DNA from: Octopus sinensis
Taxonomy: Eukaryota
Length of the DNA: 21,831 bases
Direction of reading: 5' to 3'
NCBI RefSeq assembly: GCF_006345805.1
Contig: NW_021823594.1
Span: 1-21,831, forward strand
Positions 11,779 through 21,831 of this stretch are shown here, piece by piece (the first letter of the stretch is position 1; each line of letters begins with the position of its first letter). The notes beneath the pieces were generated by a model. It made no database searches, was not told the origin of the DNA, and saw only the letters and a program-made list of their open reading frames with translations. A program made the position numbers and the translations under genes.

Positions 11779-12219
11779 TAAAGCAGAAAAGGTAAGCATT
11801 TTGGTAAGGCTTGACAAGGGTGTTTAACGTAGTTATATATGAAATAAAGGCTTCGATAGTCTCTGACAACTGTTTCTAGGATGTTCCAACTATTTGAACA
11901 TCGTGTCGCGCAAAGATTCCATAGGCTGTGTATTCTGTCATCGGAGGGAGATAGGGTAAACATATGTAACAGTGGAAGAAAGTTCAACCTCAATCATAGT
12001 TGTTATGCTTTATTATGTCTAGAAAGAGAGGAGAAATTAACAGAATGAGATTTAAAAAATCCAAGGCTTCAAAGATTTCAGAACATTTATGGCCTGCGTT
12101 GGACTCCACAATCGCATAATCACCGAACCTGGAGCTTAACTATAGTCTGTCCATAGCACTTACTCAGCATTACCTGACACTTTGGTCTTCTTGACTCTAT
12201 TACCTCTCATAACCTCAAT

Positions 12220-12571
12220 ATATACATATACATATATATACACATAAATATATATACATATATATATATATATAATATATATGCATATATATATATATGT
12301 TTATAGAGATATGTGTATATATGTCTGTATGTGTGTGTGTGTGTGGTTGTGGGTGCGTGTTTGTATCATCATCGTGGTAATTTACACACCCTATATATTT
12401 TCTTACTTCCCCGTGAGGATCGTCCCAATTGCTTTCATTGTTGTTCAACATCGATCAGGAGATACGCCAAACAACACAACAAACGAACAAAAGGTATTCT
12501 CATGCGCACATATACAATTTGTTTATATTTATACCTATGTACAAACATACATGCAGACACACACACACACA

Positions 12572-12619
<48 letters not shown>

Positions 12620-12672
12620 CGTATTTCTATATCTACACACACACATATATATATATATACGTGTGTGTGTGT
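12220..12672. repeat. (TA)n/(GT)n/(CA)n simple-repeat blocks
   Basis: Runs at about 12220-12345 and 12540-12672. Confidence 0.85.
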
Positions 12673-12689
12673 AGTTTTTGAATGGAATT

Positions 12690-13310
12690 CATTTTCACAT
12701 GTGTCACGATTTTCTCACCAATGTGATCATCAGAGAAACTGTTTCTTTTTGTAGCGTATATATCTGGCTGCCCATTCATTGAAGCTTCTTCATTCTTTTG
12801 TGAATCGATTTAGTGTGCATTGTCGGATTTCCAAACGTTCTTTCACTAACAAGTTGTGTATGGTTGGCGCCGTTACATTTGCCAATGCATTGACTTTTCT
12901 AGTTTTGATTGGTTAGCAAGCTTCTCTATGAAATCCGGGTTGACACTTCTTCTAATTTATGTCTGAAGAAATACGAAATGGTCTTTTCTTAATCGTAAAC
13001 TTCTAGCCTCCTCCTGATGCAAGTAGTCCATAATTTGGTGCAGTTTTTGGTTTTTGTGGTGTAAAAGTACGCTTCACAAAGTCACTCTGGTTTTATCCCA
13101 TTCTTAACTAATCGAACATGATTACGAATGATGTTATCCGACTGCAATATACGTGCTTCTGTTTCGTTACGTTTCCTCTGCTACTGCTACCGTATCCGTT
13201 TTCCATTGCCCAATAGGAACTGCCGTTTGAATGTTTACAGAAAGTAATAAATTTGATAGAGCGTGAAAACCTTGCTGAGCTGTGGTTACTTAAGTGATGG
13301 AACATTCAAC
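12690..13310 (-). mobile_element. Possible highly decayed DNA-transposon (Tc1/mariner-like) remnant
   Basis: Minus strand 12730-12903 reads TRKVNALANVTAPTIHNLLVKERL..., resembling a Tc1-type HTH. There are many stops, and no DDE motif or TIR was found. Confidence 0.2.
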
Positions 13311-13674
13311 ACCAGTGATTAAATAACACTGTATATTTCTATATCGTTTTTTCCTTAAACACAAACACACACACGCAAACAGGAACCGCCCCCACATACG
13401 TAGATAGAAAGACGGATAACCAAGTTGAGAGAGAGAGAGAGACAATAAAAGAGAAAGGACTTACATCCGAAACGCCTCTTCTCTTTCCTTTAAACGTTTA
13501 TCATATTTATCAAGCTTCGTTCTTCGCGCATTGCCTTTTTCTTTTTTCTGCCTTTACGGTATGCATACACACACACATGCATATGTATATACATTAACAC
13601 ATGTCTATACTTACTTTTTTATACACACCGTCACACACATATACATACACACATATACATATACATACATATGT

Positions 13675-13843
13675 TTAAAAAATGTCCAGTTCCTTTGGTT
13701 TGTGTCTATGTTTTCGTTTCTCATTGTGTTCGACGTCCCTTTGGTGTCCTGTACTCATATATGCGTGTATATGTACATGTAGAAGTAGGTACGTACATAT
13801 ATGTTTATATATATGCATATGTTTTATTTTATTTATTAATATA
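13675..13843 (+). repeat. 169-bp direct repeat, copy 1
   Basis: ttaaaaaatgtccagttcctttgg...gttttattttatttattaatat; matches 14515-14684 with 2 substitutions and small indels. Confidence 0.95.
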
Positions 13844-14099
13844 TTATATGACGAAACGCACGCATCCCTTTTAAGTAAGATTGTTCTTTATATCAAGTTT
13901 TGTTCTTGATATTAACTTTGATGCGCACTCTTAACCTTTCTGTCCCATCCCTTTCTCAGCCTTCATTCTTTGATTTCCTTTTCCTCTACTTAACTTGTCT
14001 CTTCCTCTCTCTCATTCTTCACTCTCTCTCTCCCCTCCCCATCCTTCATGGTTTTCTCGCAGCCATTCCTCTTCTTCTCTCCCTTTCTCTTGCTCCTCC

Positions 14100-14170
14100 C
14101 CCCCTCCCGTCATTGACCCGCGACGAGACTTCCGCTGCTGCCTTTCTGGCCTGGCCATCTCAAGGTATGG
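14100..14170 (+). promoter_or_regulatory. Candidate promoter or non-coding first exon with 5' splice donor
   Basis: CpG-containing patch after a CT-rich tract; ETS-like ACTTCCG at 14128-14134; YY1-like GCCATCT at 14154-14160; donor CAAG|GTATGG at 14164/14165. Motif evidence only. Confidence 0.3.
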
Positions 14171-14514
14171 ACGACAATTCTTTTTGCTCCGCTCGTCGTT
14201 CATAAAAAAATCCGCGTTCGCAATACTTTTTTTCGTTCGGCGTTAACAGCCCTTCTTATCTTGTTTTTCCTTGTCCTGTCTTTTACTGTTTATATTTTGT
14301 ACTGTTGTTACTGTCCTGTTTTTGTTACCATTTTTTACCCCTCTGCGAAAAGATCTCAGAATTTTAATTGATTTACTTTTCGCAGGAAGGAAAGTTTCTT
14401 GTCGAAGATACGTCTCGCTTTTATCCTTCGAAACGTAGAGTAGATGAAACCATAGCGACTGAAGAAGGGGTTTTTTCTTTAAGTTAATTGTCCTGTACTC
14501 TATTTTTTTGTTGC

Positions 14515-14677
14515 TTAAAAAAATGTCCAGTTCCTTTGGTTTGTGTCTATGTTTTCGTTTCTCATTGTGTTCGACGTCCTTTTGGTGTCCTGTACTCATA
14601 TATGCGTGTATATGTACATGTAGAGGTAGGTACGTACATATATGTTTATATATATATGCATATGTTTTATTTTATTA

Positions 14678-14684
<7 letters not shown>
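14515..14684 (+). repeat. 169-bp direct repeat, copy 2
   Basis: Matches 13675-13843; followed by (TA)n. Confidence 0.95.
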
Positions 14685-14724
<40 letters not shown>

Positions 14725-14868
14725 CTTACGATGAAAGTAAACACAAAATTTGTTTTAGAAGCGTTGAGATGTATTGAAACATACAGAAATAAATTTTCTA
14801 TTCTCAAACGCGTGATACGTTACCGGCCAGCCATGGGCGGTAATGTGTTTTTCTGCAATGTATGGATA

Positions 14869-14900
<32 letters not shown>

Positions 14901-15108
14901 GATTGTGTGTGTGTGGGGGGAATGTATGCATGTATATAGAGACGTATTTAAATGCCTATGTATATATATATGTATATGTATATGTATATATATGTATGTA
15001 TATATATGTATATATTGATAGAAATAGTAAGACATCAAAAGAATGAAAGAGACCTCGATATTATGTGAATAGAGGAATTTATCTGTAAATATAATATGTG
15101 ACAATTAT

Positions 15109-15166
15109 TCGGTTGCCATGATAAAACTCCGACATCCGAAACTCGGAGTTTTATCATGGCTACCGA
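15109..15166. repeat. Inverted repeat: 24-bp arms with 1 mismatch, 10-nt loop
   Basis: tcggttgccatgataaaactccga-catccgaaac-tcggagttttatcatggctaccga. Confidence 0.95.
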
Positions 15167-15399
15167 TAGATAAGAGACAGAAAATGGAAAGAACGACATT
15201 CTTTACTTAAAAACCACAAGTGTTTCGACACACTGTTACACCTGATTTATGTTGGTGAGATATTGTGTAATCATTTTCATGCATCGAAGGTGTAAAATGC
15301 TCTTCCTCACATGATTGTATAAATTATTTTGCGCATTATGGGGAATGCACACCCAATGTACGCAAAAGTAAAGCCATGATGTTGATGACCAGAATTACG

Positions 15400-15605
15400 A
15401 CAAGAGAAACCTCGATAACGGCGAGGACAACGAAGACGACGACGACGGCGATAACGAAAAGAGATGGCAACAAAACGATAATGACAATAACAATGGCGAC
15501 GAAGAGAAGAAAAGAAAATGGTGACGACATCGAAGACGAAGACGACAACGACCTCTCGAAAAAAAGAATCACTGACAAGATGACAATGAGTTCAAGACGA
15601 AACAA
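15400..15605. repeat. Decayed (ACG/GAC/ACA)n low-complexity tract
   Basis: gacgacgacg, acaatgacaata motifs. Confidence 0.7.
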
Positions 15606-15902
15606 CCATTCCATACAACAACACGCCATCTGTTTATCAGTTGGGGTCGGTGGATGGGTGGTTGCGTACAACAAAGGGGGTACAGTTGGGGTTAAATTCC
15701 TTGGGAGAGCAGAGAAAGGGCATTTAAGAAATAGAGAAACAAAAGATTATAGATGATCTATTTTTAATAAATGAACCAATCTATCACAACAGGTTTATCA
15801 AGTCGAAAGGGTGGCGTAGGTGGTGGATGTTGACATTTCATTACTTTCCCCCTCCCCACTTCCCTCATTCACTCATTTTCTTTCTCTCTCTCTGCATCTG
15901 TT

Positions 15903-15972
<70 letters not shown>

Positions 15973-17061
15973 ATATATATACATATACTTGTGTGTGTAT
16001 GTGTTGTGTATATATGTAAGCATTACCTAACTGTCTTTCTAACTAGTTCTGTACTTCCGCCCACGCTTCTCTTCAATTCGTTTCCTTAGTTTTTGACATT
16101 CTGAATTGTGTATGTGTGTATATATATGCGTGTATAGATATATATAAATATGTGTGTGTGTGTATGGATATAGTCACGTGTGTGCGCGTATGTACATGTA
16201 AATACATATATTTAGATATATTCTTCTATGTATGTTTCAAAATAAATATTTAGATAGATACATATATGTATATGTGAGAGAGAGAGAGAGGGAGAGAGAG
16301 GAAGTGAGAGAGAGTGAGATATAGATAAATACTTACATACATATATCGAACCATCCATCCATCCATACATACATACAGCCATATATACAAACATACATAC
16401 AAACATACATACACGGATGCCTGTACATGTTCACAGACAAATAGATTCAGCCAGTAGTGACTTCCATACTACGGCTTCATGCCAATATCAAGAGACTTAT
16501 GGTTACACGTGACGTCCAGTAATCTGCAACTGCTGCTTTTTCTCTTCTTCTGAAAAAGGGGACAGCAAACAGTCGAACACCGGTCACGTGCCTGGATTAG
16601 TTCAAATTTTCGGTTCACTCTTTTCGTGAGATGATTTGCGATATAATATTTCTCAGTTAAAACTCAATTACACGGTTTTAAGTGAAATAAATGAGATGGT
16701 TCTGTTCAAGTTAGACCATACAATGTATTAAAAGTCGCTTTTATCTTTCAATTGCCAGATATACTTTGAGAGAAGTGTATTATTTACATTATGATGACTT
16801 TTCTTAGAGTCCATATTTTAGTATAAGCTTGCCGTAAATGAGTAATCAGTTAAGCCGCCTTAAGAAACATTACAGCCAGTATAGATACAATGAATTCTGA
16901 AATGACTATCTAAGAGGCACAACTCAGTGTTCCAGCAATTTCGTTTACCTTCGCTTCAGTCCGTTATGTTCTTTATTTGTTTTCGTTTTGTTAAAGAATT
17001 CTGTGATTTTCCAACAAAATAGGTTTTATTTCGCTATCCTTTTCTTTTATTATATTACATG

Positions 17062-17805
<744 letters not shown>

Positions 17806-17810
17806 AATAT

Positions 17811-18490
17811 TGATACGACCACAAACCCGAAGGCAAAGTGATAATACAAATATCTTTATGAATCAGTGCCACCATGAGATAGAGAATAGGAAGCTAGACA
17901 TAGTCTTAATTGAGAAAGAAAGCAAACTATGCTGGATCATGAATATAGCATGGCCAGGAAGGGGAGGAATGGGATGAATTACTTCCTGGAAAGATTCGAG
18001 GAACAGGGGGAAGGGGAGGAGGGGGAGACTTCATTCCTGGAAAGTTCTGAGGTAGTGGAAGAAGGGGAGGAGGGGAAGAATTGTTTCCAGGAAAGTTCGA
18101 AGGAAGGCGAGCAAGGGGAATACTTATTCATGGAAAGTTCCAAGGAGGGGAGGAGAGGGAAGAATTACTTCCTGGAATGTTCCGAGGAAGCGGAGGAAGG
18201 GGAAGAGGGGAAATAATTACTTCATGGAAAGTTCTGAGCAAAGGGGAGGGGAAGAATTATTTTCTGGTATGTTCCGAGAAAGGGTGATGAATTACTTCCT
18301 GGAAAGTTCCGAGGAAGGGGTGGAGGGGAAAGAATTACTTCCTGGAAGGTTCTGACGAAGGGAATGAGGGGATAGGGGAGAAAGAAAAGTCGAGATATGA
18401 CAGGTTAGGAAGTTAAGCAGCTGTGGTCGATGAGAAAGATGGCAGTAGTACCAATAATTGTCGGAGCCCTAGGAATAGTGAGCAAAAATC
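17811..18490 (+). mobile_element. Decayed RLE endonuclease fragment of an R2-superfamily (R4/Dong-like) LINE, split by a minisatellite
   Basis: Left part 17811-17959 reads *YDHKPEG / QCHHEIENRKLDIVLIEKESKLCWIMNIAWPG, where PD has become LD and D has become N in the PD-(D/E) motif. Right part 18371-18490 reads IGEKEKSRYDRL / EVKQLWSMRKMAVVPIIVGALGIVSKN. Confidence 0.8.
17960..18368 (+). repeat. Purine-rich minisatellite, 9 units of 35-52 bp
   Basis: Core gaattacttcctggaaagttccgaggaa plus G/A spacer; core positions 17983, 18034, 18085, 18127, 18169, 18221, 18261, 18296, 18339. Confidence 0.9.
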
Positions 18491-18654
18491 CTTTCTACTA
18501 AAGGCACAATGCCTGAGAATTGGGGACAGGGGAATAGTCGATTACATCGCCCCCAGCATATCATCCCGAAATTCGAACTCAGAACATAAAGACGGACGAA
18601 ATGCCGCAAAGCGTTTTGCCCGGCATGTTAACGATTCTACCATCTAGCCGCCTT
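18491..18654 (-). mobile_element. tRNA-derived SINE family 1 with internal deletion
   Basis: ctttctactaaaggcacaa..gtcgattacatcg....aattcgaactcagaac..cccggcatgttaacgattctacca.ct.gccgcctt. Confidence 0.8.
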
Positions 18655-18715
18655 AATAATAATAATAATAAGAATAATAATAATAATAATAAAATAATAA
18701 TAATAATAAAAATAA

Positions 18716-18772
<57 letters not shown>

Positions 18773-18776
18773 AATA

Positions 18777-18838
<62 letters not shown>
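18654..18838. repeat. (AAT)n microsatellite
   Basis: Long aat run. Confidence 0.95.
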
Positions 18839-18841
<3 letters not shown>

Positions 18842-19214
18842 CAGTAAATATACTTCTGTAATAGAAAATGAAAAAATGTGGCATCTCAAGGCGACTACAG
18901 TACCAGTGATTGTAGGAACTCTAGGAATGATAAAAAAGGGTACTGAAACCTATTTGAAAATGATTCCAGGCTTACCATCCTTACAGGAAGTGCAAAAAAT
19001 CGTGTTAACTGGAACGGCTCGTGTACTGAGAAGAGCATTATCGCTGTGAAAACAACATCCATTCATGAATTTATTTATTCATAAATTTTTTAAATACATA
19101 TTTTACCTGTGAATTTGTGTCTTTAATCTGGGAATGCATACAATGAGCTCCTCTGCCCTAGGTGTATGGAAAACACTCGGCGAGAAAGGGAGAAGAAAAT
19201 TTGAAGAAAGAAGG
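18839..19214 (+). mobile_element. 5'-truncated RLE-type (R4/Dong-like) LINE: C-terminus plus 3' UTR, flanked by (AAT)n
   Basis: ISKYTSVIENEKMWHLKATTVPVIVGTLGMIKKGTETYLKMIPGLPSLQEVQKIVLTGTARVLRRALSL* (stop 19047-19049), the typical W.....VP(V/I)I(V/I)G.LG...QK..L.GTA..LR tail. The 3' end runs into aataataat at 19215. Confidence 0.85.
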
Positions 19215-19246
<32 letters not shown>

Positions 19247-19290
19247 CAACAACAACAGTGCTAACTATAGCAACAATAAAACAATAAAGA
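19215..19290. repeat. (AAT)n/(AAC)n microsatellite
   Basis: aat then aac run. Confidence 0.9.
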
Positions 19291-19487
19291 AATAAAGTGG
19301 GGTGTTAAGAACTCCACCCAGTGTGAGAGAAGCGAGAATAGTTCGGATTACAATTGGTGAACATGTTGAAATAGTAGGCTTAAATACTTCTCACATTAGT
19401 TTCTCAAAATAATCATTGTTGTTGTTGTTGTCGATGTGGTTGTGGTAGTGGTGGTGTTGGTGGCGATAACAATAGCATTCACTGCTA

Positions 19488-19735
19488 TTATTCAGTTGGC
19501 AGAATCGTTAGATCATTGGAAGAAAAAAAAGTAACTTGTGGTATTATTAATACCGGCATTTCTTTTACGTTTTGGTTTTGCATTCTGAATTGAGATCCAA
19601 GAAGATAATTTTATCGTCCTCCCCCCCCCCGCACTCTCTCTATTTATTTTTCTTTCTCTCCCTCCACGATGGATAAAATCGCAAAATAAGATATACCAGT
19701 CATGTACTCGAGCCCTCCATGATATCGACTAACAC
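19488..19735 (+). mobile_element. Highly decayed SINE family 1 copy
   Basis: Residual tggcagaatcgttag, tacgtt, gataaaat..taccagtca.gtact and atcgacta motifs in the correct order. Confidence 0.45.
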
Positions 19736-19906
19736 TCACCACTCTAAATAGGCCTCGAGTTTTCGAACTTATAATCTATTGTTGCAGCAATAGCAGGCGA
19801 AGCTGTAAACTTCGTCTGCCATTATATTATTTGTTCTCGGTGTCGTGGGGTTGATTGGTCACTCGTATCGAGCTGGTTAATGTTGATATATTTTTAAGCG
19901 TCTGAA

Positions 19907-20321
19907 AAGTGGCGAGCTGGCAGAAACGTTAGCACGCCGGGCGAAATACTCAGCGGTATTTCGACTGCCGCTACGTTCTGAGTTCAAATTCCGCCGAGGT
20001 CGACTTTGCCTTTCATCCTTTCGGGGTCGATAAATAAAGTACCAGTTTCGCACTGGGGTCGATGTAATCGACTTAATCCTTTTGTCTGTCCTTGTTTGTC
20101 CTCTCTGTGTTTAGCCCCTTGAGGGTAGTAAAGAAATAGGTATTTCATCTGTCGTTACGTTCTGAGTTCAAATTCCGCCGAGGTCAACTTTGCCTTTCAT
20201 CCTTTCGGGGTCGATAAATAAAGTACCAGTTTCGCACTGGGGTCGATGTAATCGACTTAATCCCTTTGGCTGTCTTTGTTTGTCCTCTCTGTATTTAGCC
20301 CCCTGTGTGAAGTAAAGAAAT
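19907..20321 (+). mobile_element. Dimeric tRNA-derived SINE family 1 with target-site duplication of about 19-20 bp
   Basis: Monomer 1 spans about 19907-20138; monomer 2 starts GGTATTTC at 20139. Flanks are ATATATTTTTAAGCGTCTGA (19886-19905) and ATATATTTTAAACGTCTGA (20322-20340). Confidence 0.9.
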
Positions 20322-21134
20322 ATATATTTTAAACGTCTGAGTCACCATAGATAGTTCTATCGCCATTGTGGTGGTGTTGTACTGTAGCGATGTGGAATTT
20401 GTGGGCTGCGTGAATAATAACTTGAGCAAACTCATGAACATTTAACGTTAATATTTATTGCCGGACATGATATACTTTGTGTTGGCAATTTACAATGAAA
20501 AAATATTAATAATATAATTGCCGACTGGAAGGAGAAAAAAAAACCGTGCTGCCCGTAGAAGCTAGTTACGAGGCATCGTGTGAATGTTCAGAAGGGGTCT
20601 GAGTAAACAGTCGTCTGTGCAAAAGTCCGAAGCTGTCTGCTCGAGTGCCGGAGATTATCTGCTTGGTGAATTAGACTGTAACCGTTTTTACGAGGTGACA
20701 AGGGGTTAAATTTTAGTACATTCTAGTAAGCCATATCACGCCACATCTTCACGCTGTTTGGTCGATCAAACACGTGAAACTGTGGTGGCTCACTCGTGGG
20801 GCCTAAGATTATCTAGCGGTTAAGGTTCGAATCACCGCTACATAGATTATATATTATTTAGTGTAAAACTACGGTCCTCTTATCTATAAAACTGACGTCT
20901 TATTTCCAGACAATAAACCTCACCTGTTCTCGTAAGGGCATTTCACCTATGGAGAAATTTTAACTCTTCAGATTATCTCCTCTTCACCAATGAAGCTAGC
21001 TTCAATTGCCATTTAGTAATGGAGGTTCATCTGCTGCAATCCGAAATAATTCTAATAAATCAGGAAATCTTCCTTGTATGGATTTTGACTATCCTGTTAC
21101 CTGTGGGCAATTATCCTGTCGCTTTCTTTAATGG

Positions 21135-21578
21135 TGGTGTCAGCTTTTGGAAGAACAAATCGAGCAAGTACTTTATTTTTTTGCAAGCCTAAAACTTATT
21201 CTAATCGGTCTCTATTGCCGAACCGCGCAAACCCCGGCGACGTAAACACACCAACATCGGTTCTACAGCGATGGTAGAGGGACAAACACAGATACACAAA
21301 TAATACACCCACATCATACATACATACATACATACATACATACATCGTTGCCCCCAGCATGGCACAGCTCATTAGCTGAAACTGGAAAAATCAAAAACAA
21401 AATCAAATACAACATGCACACCACACACACATACGACGGCCTTCTTTCAGTTTCGTCTACCAAACCCACTCACAAGGTTTGTCAACCCTAGCTATCGTAG
21501 AAGATGCCACCCAGTAGGCTTGAACCCGGAACCATGTGGTTGGGGAGCAACCTTCTTACCACACAGCCACTCATGCAC
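21135..21578 (-). mobile_element. SINE family 2 (tRNA head, internal microsatellite), near full length; resembles the octopus CORE-type SINEs as I recall them
   Basis: The minus-strand head GTGCATGAGTGGCTGTGTGGTAAG..TTCCGGGTTCAAG has A- and B-box-like motifs, followed by body, (TATG)n and 3' part. A small oppositely oriented tail fragment lies at about 21347-21392. The family name is from memory. Confidence 0.75.
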
Positions 21579-21599
21579 TTTATAGATAATGTGTGGTTG

Positions 21600-21790
21600 T
21601 GTGTGTGTGGTGTGTGTGTGTGTGGTGTGGTGTGTCTTTGTATTTGCTGTTTCCCCACCATTCTTGACAGCCAGTGTAGATTTGCTTAAGGCCCCCGTAA
21701 CTTAGCGGTTCGGCAAATGGTATCAGATAGAAGACATTGTACCAGACCTAAAAATCAAGACATACTGGGGACGATTCGTTCCCCCCCTAA
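21600..21790 (+). mobile_element. 3' part of SINE family 2, opposite orientation
   Basis: (GT)n then cttgacagcc..ccccgtaacttagcggttcggcaaa..gatagaa..gtaccag..ctggggacgatt. Confidence 0.7.
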
Positions 21791-21831
21791 CAATTCTTCA
21801 AGTCAATATACCAGCATTGGGTAGAGTCTGG

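Noticed and set aside
13675-14684. LTR/TRIM interpretation of the direct repeats
   Set aside because: Homology extends past any TG..CA limits; no PBS, PPT or TSD seen.
15376-15756. 126-aa Thr/Asp-rich ORF
   Set aside because: Arises from a decayed trinucleotide tract; no domain.
17960-18368. CRISPR-like repeat-spacer array
   Set aside because: Eukaryotic context, degenerate repeats, spacers similar to each other and of low complexity, and no cas genes.
19911-19995. Functional tRNA gene
   Set aside because: The A/B boxes belong to a SINE head that continues into the SINE body; no complete cloverleaf.
20895-20965. Minus-strand 23-nt microexon candidate (ctccatag|GTGAAATGCCCTTACGAGAACAG|gtgagg)
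   Set aside because: Short acceptor-donor pairs occur by chance; it cannot be supported without RNA data.

Overview
AT-rich, microsatellite-dense eukaryotic DNA with no intact protein-coding gene. The two abundant SINE families match repeats I recall from Octopus genomes, so a cephalopod origin is likely (inference, not a search result). Almost all ORFs in the supplied track are translations of simple repeats. The real content is retroposons, sorted by microsatellite type. (1) Two 5'-truncated copies of one L1/Tx1-clade LINE on the minus strand (8061-9290 and 10907-11584), each with (GATA)n on both flanks, suggesting a (GATA/TATC)n-targeted element. (2) Three fragments of restriction-like-endonuclease (RLE, R4/Dong-like) LINEs on the plus strand. 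Two sit in AAT/AAC repeats and one is split by a 9-unit purine-rich minisatellite carrying TTCnnnGAA motifs. (3) Many tRNA-derived SINEs, including dimers with a recurrent junction. Other notable structures are a 179-bp local templated insertion with a fold-back end inside a SINE, a near-perfect 58-nt hairpin, and 169-bp direct repeats around a candidate promoter or first exon.
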